Shown one piece after another: positions 56,621-64,000 of a stretch of DNA of 64,000 nt. Location of the stretch: contig BCKQ01000001.1 in the NCBI GenBank assembly GCA_001600695.1, forward strand, positions 1,874,340-1,938,339. The letters run 5' to 3'. A program made the translations under genes and the position numbers. Numbering within the stretch: the first letter of the stretch is position 1; every line of letters starts with the position of its first letter. The notes under the pieces were generated by a model that did not search any database, was not told the origin of the DNA, and saw only the letters and a program-made list of their open reading frames with translations. Origin of the DNA: Ascoidea asiatica JCM 7603. Lineage: Eukaryota; Fungi; Ascomycota.

Positions 56621-57923
56621 AGCAGAGCAATTTCCCTTAGCAACAGTGCCTGGAAGCAAATGTGGAAATTGCATGAGTGTTTATAGATTTTGAGTACTCT
56701 TTCAGGACAGTGTGATTATAAATAAAGCTAAAAAGGTAATTATCACCGTAGTATGATATTATTACTATTGTGATGAGCTTCACAGTAGGGTTTATTCTTT
56801 TCCTAAAACCAAATGTTATTAAATTTTCCAACTATTACCACTTTATACCCACAACAGCAATGAGATTTATATTATTTTATCTGTTTTATAAAAATAGTTT
56901 GTTAGTTGGGAAATTATTTTTCTTTTTATATTAATAATATTTTAAACAGATACTTACTAGTTTATATGTTTGCTTCCAAATTTATTTAGGTGAGGGCAAA
57001 TTGCTAATTTTTTTTTATGTAAGCCATATTCAGCATTTGTTTTCAGTTCTATTTAATAGACGCTAGGTACGTAGAGGATTATGATTGTGGGCAATTATGG
57101 GGTTGAATTTGGAATACTTAGCCCTGACTGTTATCCCGTGGTTTTTACCCCTATTTTATAGGGCTCTAAGTGTATGCTTGAGGTCACGAACTGTTATGGA
57201 TTGTTGAAATGTGTGAGTTTGTGTCCTTAATTGAAAACAGGTATTATTAATTTACGGGACATCCCGCGTTTTGAAACGGGTGTGGTTCGTGACGCGAATT
57301 CCTTCTAACCCGAAGCTACAATGGCTGTGGGAAATGTGGGCTCCCCTTCTAGCCGAAAATAAAACTCGGGAAATATTAATAAATTGAATTCCGTTTCAAG
57401 AGGGGCAAATAAAATATTGCCGTGAGCTAATTATTGGTAAATTTTGGAACATTTTGGGGTGCTATTTAGTTTTTCTGGCAGTATATAGCGGTTCACTTCT
57501 TTTGACCTACCGCTTCGCTACAATAACTACTGGTTTATGTGTGCTGGAACAGCGTTGCTTACCTAACTGCTTAGTCATCTTTAAGGATACGGGAAAGACT
57601 AAGAAGGTAAGAGAATATCGGAGTTAAGACCACATTTGGAAAGAACATTGGTCGCAATTTTTATTCACCACTCACCCATGAGACCTGTAACAGATAGTGC
57701 TACAGGTTTGAGTTCTACGGTCAAACCGAATGATTCTCGTTTATGAGAATCGAACATATGGCGGCGCACCCATGATCTCACAACACATACCAAACACTTG
57801 GCAAAGGCCTTCCAATCATCGAACATCTAAATTCCCTACCATTCAAAATTTCTCGAATGGCTCAAAACACATTTGAGGAGAAAAACCATAAAACATTAAT
57901 AAATATTACTAAAATAAGAATCG

Positions 57924-58016
57924 ACAAACAAATAACAGACAAATAACAAACAAATAACAATTATATAACATACAAATAACAAACAAATAACAATCAAATA
58001 ACAAACAAATAAAACA
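57924..58016 (+). repeat. Imperfect 11-bp tandem repeat (ACAAATAACAA)n immediately upstream of the ORF at 58017
   Basis: About 8 degenerate copies are visible. Confidence 0.75.
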
Positions 58017-59369
58017 ATGCCTACTATTCAACATACACCACAAACTCCCTCCATTCCATTAACACTTGAACCTAAAGCTATTCCCCAATCGTCAACTGAA
58101 CTTAATTCCAGTACCAACTCGGATCCATCAACAGCTACTTCTGCAATTACCTCATCAAGATCGGAGCCTCCTGAAGATGAACCAATTCCAGAAACAGAAT
58201 CGTGCAAAGGGGAAACTAGGATAGCTTCAATGATTGCTTTTGCGAACCAATACATTAATAATCATGTTTCTAAGGATATATTACATCAAGAAAGCGAATT
58301 AACTGACCATATCCATACACAAGATTTCATTGCTATAGACGATTCTTCAGATGAATCAGACACTGAAAATGATACTTTGAGGGAATTCACATCCGAAGAG
58401 GTAGTTTTATTCAACGAGCAAGTTAAATCACATTTTGACATCACCAATATTAACGATCCACCATACGTCCTTTCAAAACTAAACAAAATCATTCTCAATT
58501 TAATTTCTCAAAATCATTTATTTCTTTTCAAAACACTCCGCTCCGATCCTACAATTTCATTAATAATTGATGCAGGGCCAATACGACATTGGAAAGAAAG
58601 AAAAGACTTTTGTCAGTCAGTGAATACATTCGAAATTACTTGGATGGATGTTTTATCACCATATACAATCAAAAGTACTATTTGGGTCCAACAAATATAC
58701 ATACATTTCTTTCTATCACGTAAAATACTGTGATAAAATCTCTGCAAATAACATTGTACAAATCATTAGGAATCAGAACAACTAACCATTAACCAAATCC
58801 ATAAATCTCATCCCATATTATAAAAATAATAATAAATTGCCTTTCAAAACTGCAAATTATAGTTACCAGTCACTTTCCTTGATATATGGTACTCTTATTC
58901 TCCTATAATAGGTGTCATTTCTTCCACCAATTATTGAATGTTATTTCAAACTTATCTCAAAGGTATTCAATCAAATATTGGCAATACAAAAGACTTTTTA
59001 CCTGGGGTATATGATGTCATAAATGATGTTGACGGTCACATTTCAACAATTACAAATCAATATCCACCATATATGGATGACGCCAAATACAATTTGTTTA
59101 TGAAAACGCATGATAATAAAATCATCTGCCAAAGATATATCAAATACGATGGTGTCCTTTTCCATTTCAAAACCTATAAGGAGATAAAAAACAAACTCTA
59201 ATGCTGTTTAGTTGTCCCCCCTAAAGCAATCGCAGCTGTCATAGTGCAATATATGCGATCCAATCCTATCTCAAATAAAAGGCTATTAGGATCCAAAATG
59301 AACAAAGAATTCTTCAATATTCCAAAGCCGGATTTTGAGTTAGCATACAAGTTTTATAAAAACATTTAA
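58017..59369 (+). pseudogene. Interrupted ORF of an unidentified, probably mobile, element
   Basis: ORFs 58017-58733 and 58938-59201, continuing past a stop as CCLVVPPKAIAAVI...FFNIPK. Codon usage differs from host genes. KYDGVLF...LVVP resembles the region just before retroviral-type integrase zinc-binding domains. Confidence 0.4.
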
Positions 59370-61031
59370 ATTGTATCTAAACATTTTCTGTTTTTATAAA
59401 TGTTTTCTCTACATGTTTCTTCTTTTTATAACTTTATCTTTTTATCAAATATTTAACTCTTTACGTTTCTCGCAATTTCTTATATGCGCTTCAGCACACT
59501 CGAGATATTTTTCTTTTTTCAATTGTTTTCTCCTATGTGCTTTGACACATTTGAGAAAACATATTCTTTCTTTCCAAATTATTTTCTACCCCTATTTTAT
59601 GTTACCATACCAATGGTACAACTCTGGGGTTCTATTTGCAACAATTAATATTGAGTTCCGTCTTAATTCAATTTGATACAAATTACGCCCTATTCTTTAT
59701 ACATATAAATATGGCATTTCCCATCATTTATGTTTTTGTTGTCCTCTTTTTAGAATTTGGACAATGAAATTTTATTAATTTTTTTTACTACATTTTTCGT
59801 CACTATAATCTACAATTATTTTTACAGAATTATAAAGATTTGAATCTTTATTCTTTCCCATTTTTACAGTTGTAGAAATATTTTATTCCGATTTCATCAA
59901 TTTTTGGTCTTGTCCAAAAGAGAAGCTCCCCCAAACTTCTTGGACAGACCCACTACCCATCGTTATTGGTTGAAACAAAAAGCTACCTCAACCGCCGTTA
60001 CCACAATTGCATTACCACAATTGGATTTTAAGTTTCTATAATATTTGTTTTTTATCACTTTATCTTAATGTATTTTCTTTTTTCACAGTTTTCAATTTTT
60101 ATAATTCCTCAGACGTTGAAATTAGTTCTTTGCTTTACGTTTAAAAAAGACCACATCAACATAAGTTAATAAATATGTTTCAAATAGTGGACTCTAACAC
60201 TTTAAATTTCATTTAATTCGATTGTTTATTTTTTTATACAATTTGGCTTTTGTTTTTATATTTTATTTTTATATTTTTTTTAACCCTGTTTTCATTTAAC
60301 GAGCAAAGTTTCAATAACTTTCGAAATACAAATTAACTACCTAAGCTATTAACATGCTTTACACATACTAACTAATGAAAAATAATTGTTACTGTCAAAT
60401 TACAAACATGGTCTATAAATAACTGAAGTGGTTTGTGTGCGAAATAATAAGCATGGTATTTTAGTAAGTATATTCGTTCAATTAGACAAGTTGACAATTA
60501 CACAGAGTCAAATTCAATGGAGACAAGCGAAGGTGTGTCTAATTGTTTAGCATACTAATGACCATAAATTCATTTTATTACTAGAAGCGTCACTAGCACC
60601 TAAAGGTATAAGCGCAGATTAAACCAGTCTTTGATCTCTTTCCCGCCAGGCCGAGAACAGAAAGGTGTTTTTGTGTATTTATATATCAAGAATCATCGGC
60701 GAGTCTAGGACGCAAATTTAGTGAAATGACGAATAAGATGTGGCGCTGTAAGAGCGTAACGTCATACATTGTGTGACACCATGAGAGACATGCCCTTTAA
60801 AGCCAACTATATTAACACGACCTGGCAGTCTTGAAAGAAATTAATAAAAGATTGCTTAAAAAAAAAAAAAAAAAACAGCAGGAAAGTTAACATTGAGGAT
60901 AGGACGAAAATGAAAGAAATATTTTTAAAAGTAAGGCTAAGGTCAGAACGGTCTGCGTTAGCAAAAAACTAGAGATTGGAATGGCCTGCTAAAGTGTGTG
61001 AAGCATAATGAAAAAACAAAATAGTATTGTT

Positions 61032-63810
61032 TTAAACATTTAAAATTTCAAGATCGTGTTGAAGCTTGGAAGTTGTTGAAGGTTTTGTAAACACATCGGA
61101 AGGATTATAATTTTCAGCGAAATGAGACACTTTTACTAATTTAAACTTTCTAATACCATATAGAAATTTCAACCTCATTGTATCGTGTGTTGGATAGGGA
61201 AGAGTTACCTTTTCAAAATTGTTAATTTTGTAGACTAATCCAGCATTATCAATGAACATATTGTAAGAAGAATAATGTTAGATCTCAGTGTCAATCTGTT
61301 CTATGAAAGAAGTCAAATAAAAGATAACCTTTGCACCTATTGTGGCTCACATAAATTCTGCCTCATAAGAAGATAAAGGCTTGGTGGTCCCAACAGTTGA
61401 TGACTGCCAAGATACCACATTACCACGATATGTTAAAACATAACCGGCAATACTGTTTATAGAATAAGAAGCATCTGTGTAAAGACCAGTTGTTTTGCCA
61501 TTGCTTTATTCATATTTGTACTTAAAGTTTGTTGATCCTTTAAAATATTTAAGAAGATGTTTAGCCCTAGTTAAATCATTTGTTGATGGGCAAGACATAC
61601 TTTTGGCTAGTTGACGTGTAACAAAAGCAATATCTAGCCGATTAGGAGCCGTTAAATAAAGTAATGAACCAACGATTTGTTGATAAAGATAAAAATCTTT
61701 ATTATTAAGCATGATTATTGCCTCGTCACGATTTAAATAAGGAGACGATCTTGGGGTTGAATCAACAAATTTGAATTTTTGTATGATACTGGTTGAAATG
61801 GTATCCGAAGTCATTACAATTTCACCATATATAGATGAGAAATCCAAACCTAGAAAATGGTCAAAAGATGTTTCTTTAACTGATAACTTTGTTTTCGATT
61901 TGTCCACAAATGTTGAAATGTCTTTAGGATTTTTCCCTAAAATTATACAATCATCCACATAGATGGCTATTAGTAAACCTGTTGATGATTTAAAACAGCA
62001 GTGGTCTGATAGTAGCTGTGTAAATTCTAGCAGAAGTAGTAGGTTTTTAAAATGAAGGAAAAATGATAAAGGAGATTGTCTTAGACCATAAAGAGATTTC
62101 TTTAATTTAACATTGTTTGTGTTAAATTCGGCATTAAATCCTTTTGGGGTTCTAAGAAAATAATTGTCTTCAAGAATTGGAACATGAAGAAATGCTGTTG
62201 ATATATCAAGTTTTTTTAATCTTAAGCCTGTAATGTGCAGCATATTAAAGAAGAATTCTAAAATGATCCGTATTCAAAACAGGACTATTGAATTGAAATT
62301 TTCATAGTGTTGGATCACACGTTTCGAATTAGCCATATACAACAAGTGTTGCTTTATGCTTAAGATTTAAAGTGATATTCTCAACCTTAATATTAAATGT
62401 TCATCCTGCAGCAAATACCTTTGCATTCTCTGGTAAAGAATCAGTGCCTTCAAACACATCAAATTGTATAATTTGATTCTTTTCAATGTTGATAGCATCT
62501 TCCCAAGAATCATATTGGATTGCTTGTGCATAAGAGTTAGGAATAAAATGATCATCAGATAAATTAATTTCCAAATCTGAATTTGACGGTGGAAGAAATT
62601 TATCATCTAAAGGACTGTTCTTGGAGTCAACTTTTGTTTCAATAGTAGTTGGTTGAGAAACAAGTATTTGATATATTGGAATTGCCGAGTTAGGATTTGT
62701 AGCTTTGACAATAAATGATAAAACTTTGTTAAAAACATTAAAAGAATCAAGTACTCTAATCTCTGTAACTGTTGCAATTGAATCTAACAAAAAAGTTGTA
62801 GTTGCGTTACCAGCCTTATAAGTACATGAGTACTCATATGCATTTGGTAGTCCAATCATTGTATTGTATTTAGATTTTTTGTACTCTGTTCCATTATCAA
62901 TTTTTAATTCAGGTTCAGGTAAATTTAGTCTAGTGCCCCATTTTGAAATAATTTTATCTATTTCAGGGCTAACAGAACCTTGGTCATTCACAGTGAATGC
63001 AGTTGTAAATCTACTGTAATCATCCATTAGAATAACTTGGTGTTTGCCATAGTTTTGTCCGGTGATGTCTGAATGTACAATTTGGAGCTTTCTGACTGTT
63101 AGTTTAGGTGACAAAGTTGTAGTATGCGAATTATTTTCCACATTAATTAATTTGCAAATTTGACACAGTTCAATTTTGAATTGTTCATCTTTGGTTAATC
63201 TGTTTTGTAGCTTAAGCATTGCTGAAGCAGAAAGATGCCCTAATGAATAGTGTAATTTAAGTATTTTACCTTCTGGAATACCTAAATATTTTTCATAAAC
63301 ACTAGGAAGTTTGACTGAATTTATGTCAAAAATTGAATCTTCATTATCCTGTTTAGAATATGAATTATCAACATTCTTCGATCCAGGTGAATAGTTATTT
63401 ACTGTATGAATAACTAAAGCTGGTTGAGAATTGTTAAGATGATAATCAAAGTTATTTGATGCATTTTGTTTAACTATTTGTATATTTTCTCCTACAATAA
63501 GTCCATTTTTCATACGACCTATGATGTTGTCATTGCAGGAAAGTTTACCATCAAGTAATTGAAAGTGTCTCTCATCAAAACAGCAAAACTGATTAGGGAT
63601 CTGCCATTTTCAATGAGCATAGCTTGAACATCTTGTGAAGAGTTATCCGGAAACTTGATAGTCATAGTCCCAGTTCCTTTAGTGTACTCTGCAGTATCAC
63701 CAACTCCTTTAATTAATACTTCGCTTGTTCTAAAATTTTTAAGTAAAGTTCTTTCAGTGGTAACAGAGATGTTAGCCTCTGTATCCCATAAAATAGGATG
63801 AGAAGTATTA
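61032..63810 (-). mobile_element. Decayed Ty1/copia LTR-retrotransposon pol (protease-integrase-RT-RNase H order)
   Basis: Protease ILWDTEANISV...IKGVG; HHCC LHYSLGH...CQIC; integrase VHSDITG, DDYSRFT, IDNGTEY; RT LDISTAFL, LKKSLYGLRQSP, YVDD; RNase H YTDASYS, SSYEAE, IDN, NPSDVFTKP. Stops and frameshifts throughout. Confidence 0.95.
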
Positions 63811-64000
63811 TTTGTTGTGAATTCTCATTCATTTTACGAATTTATAATTTCGAATTATATAATCAAAGTTTCCTTACTATGTATTAATCAATTAACTTCT
63901 GTTAATAGATGCTCTAAAAAGAAAATTAAATAAAATATATAAAAAAATAAGAGGTAATCGATTCCTTTGATATTAATTCAGATTCTTATGGGGTCCCGCA

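Noticed and set aside
52500-57100. Pack-MULE boundaries enclosing the MKK fossil and the transposase
   Set aside because: No terminal inverted repeats found by eye between 52500-52600 and 56900-57100; left as an untested hypothesis.
60400-61030. 3' LTR and polypurine tract of the copia element
   Set aside because: Candidate purine runs near 60640 and 60795 exist, but no convincing TG...CA LTR could be delimited without the partner LTR.
52840-62403. TGA at Trp positions and TAA at Gln positions in the relics, suggesting recoding or RIP
   Set aside because: Intact genes use TGG and end in normal stops. The relics also carry transversions and frameshifts, consistent with ordinary neutral decay.

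Overview
Very AT-rich budding-yeast (Saccharomycotina) chromosomal DNA. The evidence is GTATGT/TACTAAC splicing, almost intronless genes, and pervasive poly-Asn and hexamer-repeat inflation of proteins; by inference it resembles Ascoidea. Positions 1-52.5 kb are a gene-dense core: MCT1, CDC7, a 2OG-Fe(II) oxygenase, an N-rich putative regulator with a 4.6-kb upstream region, a QsuB/QuiC1-like 3-dehydroshikimate dehydratase, dynactin p25, intron-containing PMI40, NOP16, an MSG5-like phosphatase, KAP122, RFA1, a Snf6-like protein, EXO84, an intron-containing tRNA-Met, URA6, TDP1, NAR1, an NDUFAF8-like twin-CX9C microprotein, RPN14, a hexose transporter and an F-box protein. From about 52.5 kb to the end there are no intact genes. 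This block holds an MKK1/2 MAPKK pseudogene missed by the ORF track and split by a solo-LTR-like insertion with a target-site duplication, a decayed Mutator (MULE) transposase, an unidentified element and a decayed Ty1/copia element. Non-coding highlights are a 5 x 28-bp dyad array with variable cores, a recurring GAGACC promoter motif, a TACCGT cluster, an Rgt1-type CGGANNA cluster and a candidate structured RNA with an Sm-like site. All homology calls come from motif recognition, not database searches.
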